64,000 nucleotides of DNA from an uncultured Candidatus Saccharibacteria bacterium (GTDB taxonomy: Bacteria > Patescibacteriota > Minisyncoccia > Phycocordibacterales > DATDWN01), in the NCBI GenBank assembly GCA_964426735.1, contig CAYRRP010000001.1, positions 75,923-139,922 of the forward strand. Reading direction: 5' to 3'. The translations under genes were made by a program, and so were the position numbers. The notes beneath the pieces are model-generated. The model searched no databases, was not told the origin of the DNA, and saw only the letters and a list, made by a program, of their open reading frames with translations. Positions 17,672-27,840 of this stretch are shown piece by piece. The first letter of the stretch is position 1, and each line of letters opens with the position of its first letter.

Positions 17672-19328
17672 GACATCACAAGAAATCAAAGACGCACTTG
17701 CTCCATTACTTGAAGGAGATATTGATATAGAAGAAAAAACACTAACCATCTATTCGCGTGACGCGAGTCTCTTTGAGATCAAACCTCAGGTAGTGATTTT
17801 CCCTAAACATGCAAAAGATGTGGGGACGATTGTAAAATGGGTAAGCGAGAACAAACAAAAAGACCCAACTCTTTCTATTACCGCACGTTCTGGAGGTACT
17901 GATATGTCTGGTGGTTCTATCAACAATTCAATCATCCTCGATTTTACTCGCTATATGAATGCGATCAGAAGTGTGAAAGATAAAGTGGGTGTAGTAGAGC
18001 CGGGGTGCTACTATCGTGATTTTGAAAAAGAAACACTCAAACAAAATTGGCTTATGCCGTCGTATACTGCTTCGAGAGAGATTTGTGCAGTGGGAGGAAT
18101 GGTTGCAAACAATGCAGGTGGAGAGAATACGGTAAAGTATGGAAAAGTAGAAGAATTTCTCGCACACCTGAAAGTAGTATTTACCGATGGTAATGAATAC
18201 CTCATCAAACCAATAACATATACCGAGCTTGAGACAAAAGTGGCAGAGCAGGGCTTTGAAGGTTCACTCTATAAAAAAATCTGGGAGCTCATTTCACTTC
18301 ATAAAGAAAAGATAATGGCGGCTAAGCCAAATGTATCTAAAAATTCAGCGGGGTACTATATCTGGAATATTTGGGATGAAAAAACACAAACATTTGATTT
18401 GTGTAAATTAATCGTCGGTTCTCAAGGAACACTTGGTATCATTACCGAAATTGGTTTTAAACTTGTTGAAAAGCCTGCATATGGAAGTTTGCTTGCGATC
18501 TTCATGCCGTCTCTTGATCATCTACCGGAGATTGTAAATGAGGTAATGGTCTACAAACCAGATAGTTTTGAAACATATGACGATTATAGTCTGAAGCTTG
18601 CGGTAACATTCTTTTTTGATTTCTTTGCGCAGATGGGTTTTGTAGGTGCGGTCAAGCTTGGGCTTCAGTTTTTCCCTGAAGCACTTCTTATGCTTACTGG
18701 AGGTATTCCAAAGCTCACACTTCTCGTACAATTTACCGGTGACACAAAAGAGGATGTGCATACTCGACTTTCTGAACTCCAGAAAAAACTTGCCCATTTG
18801 AAACTAAAATCACGTATTACAAAAAGTCCAATTGAGGCAGAAAAGTATTGGGAGATTCGCCGACAAAGCTTCAATATGCTTCGTAAGCATGTGCACGGTA
18901 AACGCACTGCTCCATTTGTTGATGATATTATTGTAAAACCAGAACATCTTCCAGAATTTCTACCGAAAGTTGAAGCGATACTTGATAAAGCAAAACTCAT
19001 TTACACAGTAGCTGGACATGCAGGAGATGGAAACTTTCATATTATTCCGCTCATGGATCTCAATGCTCCGTATTCAGAAGATATTATTCTTGATATTGGA
19101 AAACAAATTTATGATTTGGTAGTTGAATATAAGGGCTCTATTACTGCAGAACACAATGACGGTATCGTGCGCACTCCGTATCTCGAGATGATGTATGGTC
19201 CTGAGATAATCGGTTTGTTCAAACAAACAAAAGAAATATTTGATCCATTATATATTCTCAACCCTGGTAAAAAAGTCGGCGGAACATTCGAAGATATTAG
19301 ACGAACACTTATTCGGAAGAATAACTAA
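17670..19328 (+). CDS. FAD-binding oxidoreductase (GlcD / D-lactate dehydrogenase-like FAD-linked oxidase)
   Basis: 552 aa. FAD-binding PCMH-type N-domain (ARSGGTDMSGGSI), C-terminal FAD-oxidase_C-like domain. Confidence 0.75.
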   Translation: MTSQEIKDALAPLLEGDIDIEEKTLTIYSRDASLFEIKPQVVIFPKHAKDVGTIVKWVSENKQKDPTLSITARSGGTDMSGGSINNSIILDFTRYMNAIRSVKDKVGVVEPGCYYRDFEKETLKQNWLMPSYTASREICAVGGMVANNAGGENTVKYGKVEEFLAHLKVVFTDGNEYLIKPITYTELETKVAEQGFEGSLYKKIWELISLHKEKIMAAKPNVSKNSAGYYIWNIWDEKTQTFDLCKLIVGSQGTLGIITEIGFKLVEKPAYGSLLAIFMPSLDHLPEIVNEVMVYKPDSFETYDDYSLKLAVTFFFDFFAQMGFVGAVKLGLQFFPEALLMLTGGIPKLTLLVQFTGDTKEDVHTRLSELQKKLAHLKLKSRITKSPIEAEKYWEIRRQSFNMLRKHVHGKRTAPFVDDIIVKPEHLPEFLPKVEAILDKAKLIYTVAGHAGDGNFHIIPLMDLNAPYSEDIILDIGKQIYDLVVEYKGSITAEHNDGIVRTPYLEMMYGPEIIGLFKQTKEIFDPLYILNPGKKVGGTFEDIRRTLIRKNN

Positions 19329-19339
19329 TTATAAAAATT

Positions 19340-20275
19340 ATGTCTAAGTACTTAGTCACTGGAGGGGCGGGATTTATTGGGTCTAATATTGTGAAAAGGC
19401 TTGTGGAGATGGGTGAGGAAGTAAGAGTGCTTGATAATCTGGTTACAGGAAAAAAAGAAAATCTACAAGGTTTATTTGAAAAAATTGAGTACATAGAGGG
19501 TGATTTTACGGACATAGATGTTGCAAGAAAAGCGGTACTTGATGTTGACTATGTATTACATCAAGGAGCAATACCTTCGGTACCTCGTTCAGTTGATAAC
19601 CCGATCCAAACCAATAATGCTAATATTTTAGGAACATTGAATATGTTAGTTGCATCACGTGATGCTCAAGTAAAGCGTTTTGTGTACGCAGCGTCTTCAG
19701 CAGCATATGGAGACTCACCGACAATGCCTAAAGTAGAAACAATGCCAACGGCTCCTAAATCACCATATGCAATTCAAAAATTAACTGCTGAGCAGTATTG
19801 TCAAAACTTTTTTACTTTATATGGACTTGAAACGGTATGTCTGAGGTATTTTAACGTATTTGGTCCACAACAGGATCCATCTTCTGTGTATTCTGCAGTT
19901 ATTCCATTATTTATTAAAAAGATGATGATAGGTGAAGCTCCTGTTATTTATGGAGATGGGACAACGTCTCGAGATTTTACCTATGTTGATAACAATGTCG
20001 ATGCAAATATATCCGCATGTATATCAGGAAAAGAGTGTGCTGGCGAAGTTATTAATATCGCGTGTGGTTACGAAATATCTCTTAATGAATTGGTGGAAAA
20101 GATAAATATACAACTTGGAGTACATGTTAATCCTATATACAAGGAAGAAAGAAAAGGAGACGTAAAACATTCACTTGCTGATATTACCAAAGCAAAAAAT
20201 CTGCTCAATTATACGCCACGCGTGAATTTTGATGAAGGATTAAGAAAAACTATTGAATTTTATAAACATAATTAG
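19340..20275 (+). CDS. NAD-dependent epimerase/dehydratase (UDP-sugar 4-epimerase-like SDR)
   Basis: GGAGFIGSN Rossmann motif and YxxxK catalytic pair (PYAIQK). 311 aa. Confidence 0.8.
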   Translation: MSKYLVTGGAGFIGSNIVKRLVEMGEEVRVLDNLVTGKKENLQGLFEKIEYIEGDFTDIDVARKAVLDVDYVLHQGAIPSVPRSVDNPIQTNNANILGTLNMLVASRDAQVKRFVYAASSAAYGDSPTMPKVETMPTAPKSPYAIQKLTAEQYCQNFFTLYGLETVCLRYFNVFGPQQDPSSVYSAVIPLFIKKMMIGEAPVIYGDGTTSRDFTYVDNNVDANISACISGKECAGEVINIACGYEISLNELVEKINIQLGVHVNPIYKEERKGDVKHSLADITKAKNLLNYTPRVNFDEGLRKTIEFYKHN

Positions 20276-20290
20276 GAATTAAATGGTGAT

Positions 20291-21574
20291 TTAAGTAAGT
20301 TGCTTGTGTAGTTTGTATATATCTCCAGCTCCTAGTGTAATAATTACAGTATTTTCGGCACATTCCTGGATCTTTTCTTGCGCATCCTCAAAAGTTTTTA
20401 CAAGAAAAGCTTTTTTTCCTGGAATACTTTTTACAAGCATTTCTGAAGTGATAGATGGGTCAAATTCTTCACGTGATGCATAAATTGGCAAAATATAAAT
20501 TTCATCCGCAAGATCGAATGATTGAGAAAATCCTTTCAAGAGTGATTTAGTTCTACTGAACAGATGAGGTTGAAAAAAGACTACCTTTTTCATGCTAGGG
20601 TGTTTCTCTTGAAGCCCCTGAAGGACAGCTTTTATTTCTGTAGGGTGATGGGCATAGTCATCATAGAGAAGTGCTCCGTTTTTTGTTTTTCCATGAAAAT
20701 CAAAACGTCTCCATGTTCCATTAAACTGTGCGAGAGAATTTTCGATCACTGTAGTATCAACAGCAAGGAAGTGTGCGATAGCTTGTGCCACGGCAGCATT
20801 CTGTTGATTATGTAAACCAGGTGCTTTAAGTAGTCTTTGTGTATTAATGTATGAAGTGTAATCAATGATTGTACAACATAAACCATCTAAAACAGGAATA
20901 AGTTTTGGGTCAGATGGGTTACAAATGATCGCTCCTGATCTTGGGACTCGGAGGGCAAGTTCTCTGAAAGCTGACTGTATGTCCGCAAGGTCTCTATAAT
21001 AATCTAAATGATCTGTATCAATATTGGTGATAGCAAGAACAGTTGGGTAAAGGTTTAAAAAAGATCGGCGGTATTCACATGCTTCTACTATAAAATAATT
21101 ACTTCGCCCAACAATGAGGTTACTCTCAGAGTCTTTCATAAGACTACCAACAATGACAGTGGGGTCAAGTGAAGAATCTATACATATTTTTGCAAGCATT
21201 GCAGTACTTGTGGTCTTTCCGTGTGTACCAGAGATTGCGATGGTGCACATATCTTTTGAGATAAGTGCAAGCATTTGAGGATATGTTTTTGTTGGAATAT
21301 TATGTGAATGAGCTCGCAATAACTCAGGGTTGTTTTCAGGAATAGCAATTGTGTGTACGACTAAATCAACATCGGCACCAATATTTTCTTCAGTTTGTCC
21401 AGCAAAAATCTGTATCCCGAGTGCAGTAAGTTGATCAGTAACATGAGAAGTGTTTATATCAGAACCTGTCACAATTTTACCTGAGACATGCATGAGTCGA
21501 GCGATGGCAGATATTCCGATTCCGCCAATGCCAATAAAGTGAACCTTTTTGATTTGATTGAGATCTATTTCCAT
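20291..21574 (-). CDS. murC: UDP-N-acetylmuramate--L-alanine ligase
   Basis: GIGGIGISAIARLM N-terminal Rossmann motif and P-loop GTHGKTTSTAML. 427 aa. Confidence 0.9.
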   Translation of the reverse strand: MEIDLNQIKKVHFIGIGGIGISAIARLMHVSGKIVTGSDINTSHVTDQLTALGIQIFAGQTEENIGADVDLVVHTIAIPENNPELLRAHSHNIPTKTYPQMLALISKDMCTIAISGTHGKTTSTAMLAKICIDSSLDPTVIVGSLMKDSESNLIVGRSNYFIVEACEYRRSFLNLYPTVLAITNIDTDHLDYYRDLADIQSAFRELALRVPRSGAIICNPSDPKLIPVLDGLCCTIIDYTSYINTQRLLKAPGLHNQQNAAVAQAIAHFLAVDTTVIENSLAQFNGTWRRFDFHGKTKNGALLYDDYAHHPTEIKAVLQGLQEKHPSMKKVVFFQPHLFSRTKSLLKGFSQSFDLADEIYILPIYASREEFDPSITSEMLVKSIPGKKAFLVKTFEDAQEKIQECAENTVIITLGAGDIYKLHKQLT

Positions 21575-22917
21575 TTTTTTATGATACGTATGAACTGATC
21601 ATTTCGATCATATTCATTCTTAAATAAACCAAATGATGCAAACCCAGGGCTAAACAATATAACGTCTCCTCTTGTTGCGTGTGTAAGCGTATATGCAACA
21701 GCTTTTTTTAACCCATCTACTTCGATATATCTAGTGTGTAGATTCTTTTTTAATATATCTGTCCCAGTACCAGGAAGGAGAATGCTTTGCACGGAGTGTT
21801 TTTGTATGGTTTTAGATAGTGTTGTAGTATCCAGACCTTTGTTTGAACCACCGAGAATAAGGGTGATGTTACTTTTAGGATATCTATAGGAAACCGCTTT
21901 GATTCCAGCGATAGTGGCTTCTGGTGTTGTTGAGTTATTGTCATTGATGATGTGGATACCTGAGACAGTGTGAAGATGTTGTAGCCTCCCTTCAAGACCA
22001 GTAAATGAACGTAATGCCTTTTGTATTGATGAGTCGTCTAATCCACATTTTTTTGCGACTGTATATGCATATGAAGCATTACGGATATTATGTTCCCCAA
22101 AAATATGCATAGGAGTATTTGAAACTTTTGAAATAGTTGGCGTGTATATATTACTTTGTATAGTGTTTGGTAGTAATGCACGCATGGTTTTATTTGTTAC
22201 TAACACATCGTCTTTTTTCTGGAATATACATATATTTGATTTATCTTTAAGATATATTTTCATGTCATTCTTATAATAGTTCATATGATCAGGCATAAGA
22301 TTTGTGAATACTGCAATGTTGGGAGAAATTTTTTCATCCCCAAATCCTTGGCATTGCCATGAGTCAAGTTCGAGCACTACAAAATCTCCAGATGAAACTT
22401 TTGATAGTAAAGGAAGAGTCGCTTTCATTCGCATATTACCACCTAAATGTACTTTAGAGCCTAGTTTTTTCTCATTACTTTTGAGTAGGTGGTACGTAAT
22501 AGCTGTGGTCATAGACTTACCTCGTGTACCTGTAATGCCAATAAGCGTAATATCAAGTTTTGTGTCATATATGATACGAGCAAACAATGAGGCGTCCATC
22601 ACAACAGGAATATTCTGTGCGCGAGCATGAGTGATGTACGGTGAATCAATCGGTACTCCTGCCGCTTTAACAACAATATCTACTTTTTCGAAATCTTCTA
22701 TTTTGTGTGTACCAAGCACGTATCGAATATTTTTGTATTTTTTGAGTGCCTGAAGGGAAGTTTCAAGTTCAGTTTTGTTTTTTAGATCAGTTACGGTGAG
22801 TTCTGCACCACAATCTGCAAGAAAAGATGTGACTTGTAAACCACGACCAAGGACGCCAAGTCCCATAATGGTAATCTTTTTATTTTTAAATCTAGATATA
22901 TATAAATTTTTATTCAT
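21565..22917 (-). CDS. murD: UDP-N-acetylmuramoylalanine--D-glutamate ligase
   Basis: GLGVLGRG N-terminal motif and P-loop ITGTRGKSMTTAI. Overlaps the murC start by 10 nt. Confidence 0.9.
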   Translation of the reverse strand: MNKNLYISRFKNKKITIMGLGVLGRGLQVTSFLADCGAELTVTDLKNKTELETSLQALKKYKNIRYVLGTHKIEDFEKVDIVVKAAGVPIDSPYITHARAQNIPVVMDASLFARIIYDTKLDITLIGITGTRGKSMTTAITYHLLKSNEKKLGSKVHLGGNMRMKATLPLLSKVSSGDFVVLELDSWQCQGFGDEKISPNIAVFTNLMPDHMNYYKNDMKIYLKDKSNICIFQKKDDVLVTNKTMRALLPNTIQSNIYTPTISKVSNTPMHIFGEHNIRNASYAYTVAKKCGLDDSSIQKALRSFTGLEGRLQHLHTVSGIHIINDNNSTTPEATIAGIKAVSYRYPKSNITLILGGSNKGLDTTTLSKTIQKHSVQSILLPGTGTDILKKNLHTRYIEVDGLKKAVAYTLTHATRGDVILFSPGFASFGLFKNEYDRNDQFIRIIKKWK

Positions 22918-22921
22918 ATGG

Positions 22922-24367
22922 TTACTGTTTTTCTACTTCCTCTTTGTCTGAGAAATGCGTCGTATGGTCAGAGAATATCTGATATTGCTCATGACCTTTA
23001 CCAGCAACAACAACGATGTCACCAGCTTGTGCGTGAGTAAATGCGTGGGCGATGGCAAGAGATCGGTCGGGAATACAGATATATTTTTTTTCTGAGGGTA
23101 TATCTTTAATCATGTCTTTTAATATATCTTCAACTGACTCACTTCGAGGGTTATCAGAAGTAAAAATTGATATATCAGATAATGTACTTGAGATAACACC
23201 CATCGGACTTCGTTTCCCTTTATCACGATCACCACCACAACCGATCACAGTGATGATTTTTGTGTGTAGATTTGATATTTGTCTCAATGTAGAGAGTATG
23301 TTTGAAAGGGCGTCCGGTGTATGTGCGTAGTCGATTACAGAATATACACCAGACTTTGATTTTAGAAATTCAAGTCTTCCAGATGGAGGAGTGAGTTGAG
23401 TAATCGTTTCGAGTAAAGTGTTTTTAGGAATTCCTAAGAGGATGCTTGCTCCATATATGCCAAGTATGTTGTATGCATTAAAAATACCAGTAAGTTTTGA
23501 GAAGCATTCTTCATTGTTGATTGAAAGAAGCAGTCCTTCAAATGACTGATTGATTATCTTACCTGTAAATTCTGAGTGAGTTGTATTGTTAAGCGAAAAA
23601 TAATATTCTTTTGCCCGTGTATCATTAAGCATCTCTACTGAATATGGATCATCTGCATTTGCAAGAGCAAAAGAATGTTTTGATAGATTGTCAAAAAGTT
23701 CTTTTTTGGCACGAGCATATGCATCAAGAGTTTTGTGGTAATCGAGATGGTCATGAGTAAGGTTTGTAAATATTGCTCCGGTGAAAAAAAGACCATACGT
23801 TCTTTTTTGATGTATTGCGTGAGATGAGCACTCCATGAATGCATGTGTGCATCCTTTCGAAACTGCATATGCAAGAAAGGAATTTAAGGTAATGGGATCT
23901 GGAGTTGTGTGCGTTGCGGGAAATACTTCATCGTTAATTTTATTTTCTATTGTTGATAAAAGAGCAGTGTTATATCCAAGTATACGGAAGGTCTTAAAAA
24001 GCAAGGTGGCTGTTGTTGTTTTTCCATTTGTTCCAGTTACTCCGATTACTTTTAGTTTTTCTGAAGGATTGTTGTAAAAATTTTTAGCGATTTGGGCAAG
24101 AGCGATTCGAGCATCTCTGACTTGAATATATACTACCCCTGAAGTTTCCATAGGTGGTTTATTTTCTGAGATGATCACCGTGGCGCCTTTCTGAGTTGCT
24201 TCACGTATAAAAGTGTTACCATCTCTTAAAGTGCCCGTTAGAGCGATAAATAGTGATTGAGGTTGTGCTGTTCGAGAATCAATAGAAAGAGATGATATGT
24301 ATATATCAGTGATAGTGTTACTTTGTATGGTTTCAACTTCTTGCAAAAGATCAGTTAGTTTTTTCAT
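22922..24367 (-). CDS. murE: UDP-N-acetylmuramoyl-L-alanyl-D-glutamate--2,6-diaminopimelate ligase
   Basis: P-loop GVTGTNGKTTTATLL. A DNPR motif (TSDNPRSE) indicates meso-DAP specificity. Start probably at MKKLTDLL. Confidence 0.9.
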   Translation of the reverse strand: MKKLTDLLQEVETIQSNTITDIYISSLSIDSRTAQPQSLFIALTGTLRDGNTFIREATQKGATVIISENKPPMETSGVVYIQVRDARIALAQIAKNFYNNPSEKLKVIGVTGTNGKTTTATLLFKTFRILGYNTALLSTIENKINDEVFPATHTTPDPITLNSFLAYAVSKGCTHAFMECSSHAIHQKRTYGLFFTGAIFTNLTHDHLDYHKTLDAYARAKKELFDNLSKHSFALANADDPYSVEMLNDTRAKEYYFSLNNTTHSEFTGKIINQSFEGLLLSINNEECFSKLTGIFNAYNILGIYGASILLGIPKNTLLETITQLTPPSGRLEFLKSKSGVYSVIDYAHTPDALSNILSTLRQISNLHTKIITVIGCGGDRDKGKRSPMGVISSTLSDISIFTSDNPRSESVEDILKDMIKDIPSEKKYICIPDRSLAIAHAFTHAQAGDIVVVAGKGHEQYQIFSDHTTHFSDKEEVEKQ

Positions 24368-24368
24368 T

Positions 24369-25889
24369 TTAAAATTCATTAAGAAGAGATACATCTGCAC
24401 CGATTGAGTTCAATCGTTCGGCAATATTTTCGTATCCGCGATTAATAGCATATACATTACGAAGAATGGAAGTTCCTGTGGCACCAAGCATTGCAACAAG
24501 GATGATCATTGATGGACGAAGAGCGGGTGGGCATACCACTTGTGTCGCGTGTAGAGGTGTGGGTCCGTTAATAAATACCCTATGAGGGTCAGCGATAATA
24601 ATGTCGCTACCAAGACGGTTTAATTCATTGAAATAGATTGCTCGGCTTTCCCACATCCAGTCATGAATAAGGGTGGTACCTTTTGCCTGAGTTGCGATAG
24701 GTACAAAGAAGGGCAGATTGTCTGAATTTATGCCCGGGTATGCAGATGCATGAATCTTATCTTTTAATGCGGTAAGTTTTGAAGGATACACTGTTATATC
24801 ACATAGTTTGGTGTATCCATTTTTTGCTACATAGAGAGGTCCTTCTGTGTATTTCATTCCCATTTTTTCAAGCTTTAGTATCTCCAGAGAAAGAAAATCA
24901 ATTGGACATCGTGTGATGGTAAGTTTTGATTTTGTAACGAGTGCTGCGGCAATAAACATCATTGATTCGGTAGGGTCTTCACTGTTCCAATATTCAATTG
25001 GTTTATTTATCTCGCTTATTCCATGAATAATAAGTGTACTTGTGCCAATTCCTTCAATCTTCACTCCGCATTGTTTAAGAAAAAAACACACTTCTTGTAC
25101 CTGATAATTTGGTGGAGTAAAACGAAGAGTGGTAGTACCTGGAATAAGTGCAGAAGCAATAAGAAGGTTTTCTGTAGCTGTGTCTGAAGCTTCAAATAAT
25201 ACAATATCCGCGGGCTGTAGCTTCTTAGTTATTATTTCATAATGTGTTTGTTTGGTGGCTATATGTGCACCGAGCGACTCAAGTCCGTATCGATGGGCGG
25301 CGATTGTTCGTTGCCCCATTTTACATCCACCTGCATGTGGTATTGTAAAATTTTTTTCGTGATGTATGAGTGCACCAATAAGCATAAGTACTGATCGTAT
25401 GCGTGTTGAATTTACGGCACGTAATTTTTCTACAGAAAATTTTTTGGGAGGTTGGATGCGCACCGTATTTTTATCCACCCAGTCAATTTTAACGCCAATA
25501 CACTCAAATATTTCAATAATGCGACTGATTTCCTCAATCCGAGGGATGCCGTGGAGTGTTGTTGTGTTTTTGTTGAGGAGGGAAGCGCAAAAAAGACCAA
25601 GCGCACCATTTTTAGATGTGTTGGTTTGTATTGATCCTGATAACGTTTTTCCTCCTGTAATCTTAAAATCATCTGTAGTGTTCTCTACTTTTACAATCGT
25701 TTTACCAAGAATGGTACTTATTTTAGAAAGTAAATCTGCAGTTAGGTTTTGATCGCCTTTTTCTATTCGAGCAACGGCACTCTGAGAAGTTTTTAGTTTT
25801 TTTGCGAAATCTCCTTGTGTCAAACCTGCATCCTCACGCATTTGTTTAATAATCATCCCTATTTTTTCCATGCTTTTTTGTTGAGACAT
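24369..25889 (-). CDS. murA: UDP-N-acetylglucosamine 1-carboxyvinyltransferase with N-terminal XRE-type HTH domain
   Basis: 506 aa. Residues about 10-70 form an HTH_XRE fold (MREDAGLTQGDFAKKLKTSQSAVARIEKGDQNLTADLLSKISTILG). The remainder is canonical MurA (SKNGALGL; active-site Cys in HAGGCKMGQRTI). Confidence 0.85.
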   Translation of the reverse strand: MSQQKSMEKIGMIIKQMREDAGLTQGDFAKKLKTSQSAVARIEKGDQNLTADLLSKISTILGKTIVKVENTTDDFKITGGKTLSGSIQTNTSKNGALGLFCASLLNKNTTTLHGIPRIEEISRIIEIFECIGVKIDWVDKNTVRIQPPKKFSVEKLRAVNSTRIRSVLMLIGALIHHEKNFTIPHAGGCKMGQRTIAAHRYGLESLGAHIATKQTHYEIITKKLQPADIVLFEASDTATENLLIASALIPGTTTLRFTPPNYQVQEVCFFLKQCGVKIEGIGTSTLIIHGISEINKPIEYWNSEDPTESMMFIAAALVTKSKLTITRCPIDFLSLEILKLEKMGMKYTEGPLYVAKNGYTKLCDITVYPSKLTALKDKIHASAYPGINSDNLPFFVPIATQAKGTTLIHDWMWESRAIYFNELNRLGSDIIIADPHRVFINGPTPLHATQVVCPPALRPSMIILVAMLGATGTSILRNVYAINRGYENIAERLNSIGADVSLLNEF

Positions 25890-25895
25890 ATGTTT

Positions 25896-25968
25896 GTGGA
25901 TAAGTAATTAGATATATCATATATGATATATTATTATTTACAACAAAAGGTAACTGTGGATAATTAAA
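25896..25968. promoter_or_regulatory. murA/murB divergent promoter region with operator-like repeats
   Basis: Direct repeat TGTGGATAAGTAA (25896-25908) and TGTGGATAATTAA (25956-25968) flank a palindrome GATATATCATATATGATATAT (25911-25931). Confidence 0.5.
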
Positions 25969-25972
25969 AAAT

Positions 25973-26857
25973 ATGAACATTCAAAAAGATATTATTCTTG
26001 CGCCATACACTACATACCATATCGGCGGGCCAGCGGATTATTTTGTGGTAGCTCACACAAAGCATCAGTTGTCAGAGGCAATTACATATGCTCGAAAAAA
26101 TAAAATGCCGTATTTCGTACTTGGGTCAGGAGCAAATATTTTATGTTCTGATAAAGGGTTTAGAGGTTTGGTGATAAAAAATGAAGCACACAATTTTTAT
26201 TTTAAAGATAGTACTTTGGTTGCAGAAAGTGGTGCAACGATCGCTTCACTTATACAAAAAAGTTTGGAGAAAAATTTATCAGACCTTGAACATTTTGCAG
26301 GTATACCAAGTACAGTGGGTGGAGCACTGTGGCAAAACCTTCATTTTCTTTCACCTGATCGTAAGGAAACAGTTTTTATTGAGACTGTTCTAGAGTCAGC
26401 GGAAATTATGGATGAATCAGGAGATATTTTTGTAGTAGATAAAGATTTTTTTGAGTTTGGGTACGATAAAAGTATCTTGCATACACGGAATTTAGTTGTT
26501 CTCGAAGCAAAATTTAAACTTGAGTATAAAGATAAAGAAAGAATCAAAAGACAGGTAGAAGATAATTTAAAATGGAGAAATGATAAGCAGCCACCTGTCG
26601 AACTTTTTCCTTCGTGCGGGTCAGTGTTCAAGAAAATAGAAGGAGTGGGAGCAGGAAGACTTATCGATCAAGTGGGTTTAAAAGGTTTTCGAGTCGGAGG
26701 AGCGCAAGTCTCAGAGAAGCATGCAAATTTTATTATAAATACAGGAGATGCAACCGCAAATGACGTTATGAGTGTTATCGGTTTCATCAAAGAAAAGGTA
26801 CTTAAGGAAACAGGGTATACACTTGAGACCGAGATTAGTTTTATTGGGGAGTTTTAA
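25973..26857 (+). CDS. murB: UDP-N-acetylenolpyruvoylglucosamine reductase
   Basis: FAD-binding N-domain (GGPADYFVV) and C-terminal SCGSVFKK motif. 294 aa. Confidence 0.9.
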   Translation: MNIQKDIILAPYTTYHIGGPADYFVVAHTKHQLSEAITYARKNKMPYFVLGSGANILCSDKGFRGLVIKNEAHNFYFKDSTLVAESGATIASLIQKSLEKNLSDLEHFAGIPSTVGGALWQNLHFLSPDRKETVFIETVLESAEIMDESGDIFVVDKDFFEFGYDKSILHTRNLVVLEAKFKLEYKDKERIKRQVEDNLKWRNDKQPPVELFPSCGSVFKKIEGVGAGRLIDQVGLKGFRVGGAQVSEKHANFIINTGDATANDVMSVIGFIKEKVLKETGYTLETEISFIGEF

Positions 26858-27763
26858 TTATTTTTTAATTAGTGAAGATGCTGTTTCCATACACCAACTT
26901 TTAAAAATATCTTTTAATGAAAGATTTGCTCCTGCGACCATTTTTGGAATTAATGAAGTGTTCGTCATCCCAGGTATTGTATTGATTTCTAAAAAGTAAA
27001 CTTTATTTTCGTTGGTGACGATAAAATCTGATCGTGATATATGACGAACTTCCAGGTGTGTATGGATCAGTAGAGCTTGTCGTTGTAACTCTTGTGTAAG
27101 AGAGTCAGGTATTTCAGCAGGGCATACTTCTGTCGCTAGTTTGTCAGGATTATATTTACTCTCAAAATCAAAAAAAGTATTTTTGGGAATAATTTCAATT
27201 ACAGGTAATGCAAATACCTTACTATCATAGTCTAGAATCCCTACAGTAAATTCTCTCCCTTTAACTGGTTCTTCTATAAGAAATTTAAGATGAGAATTTT
27301 CTACTAACAACTCATTCATCTCTTCTTGGGTGGTACATAGTTTTGAAGCAACTGATGATCCTCCTAGTCTTGGTTTAACAAAAGCAGGGAATGTTCCGGA
27401 TAGCTCTTTTGGGGATAAAATACCAAGAGAGCTAAGAATTTCTTTTGTGTATTTCTTATCTATTGTAATAGAATGAGTGGTTGTGTTGGAAAATAAAAAA
27501 GGGATTGCTAGAGACTTTAGTAGTGCTTGTAATGTTCCATCTTCACCTCCTTCACCGTGGATAATAGGAATAGCGAGATTAAAGGTCTGTGCACACTTTA
27601 GAAATTTATCTTGATCTTCAGGAAATGTAAAAAGCTCAGTTTCTGCAAAATCAATAAGATCTTGAATGTTTCGAGCAGATCTAATAGAAACCTCACGTTC
27701 ACCAGTCTCTCCTCCAGTTATTAGTGCTATTCTCATAAGCTTTAATAGTAACAAATTTTGCAA
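26858..27763 (-). CDS. ddl: D-alanine--D-alanine ligase
   Basis: MRIALITGGETGEREVSIRSA N-terminus; ATP-grasp fold with EINTIPGMTNTSLIP near the C-terminus. Confidence 0.85.
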   Translation of the reverse strand: MQNLLLLKLMRIALITGGETGEREVSIRSARNIQDLIDFAETELFTFPEDQDKFLKCAQTFNLAIPIIHGEGGEDGTLQALLKSLAIPFLFSNTTTHSITIDKKYTKEILSSLGILSPKELSGTFPAFVKPRLGGSSVASKLCTTQEEMNELLVENSHLKFLIEEPVKGREFTVGILDYDSKVFALPVIEIIPKNTFFDFESKYNPDKLATEVCPAEIPDSLTQELQRQALLIHTHLEVRHISRSDFIVTNENKVYFLEINTIPGMTNTSLIPKMVAGANLSLKDIFKSWCMETASSLIKK

Positions 27764-27840
27764 AGTTGGATAGTAATCTAAAAGAGTAAAGTTGGGAATA
27801 CCCTTTCGGCAAGTCGTTTTTTGTGTTACTCTACAGACTT

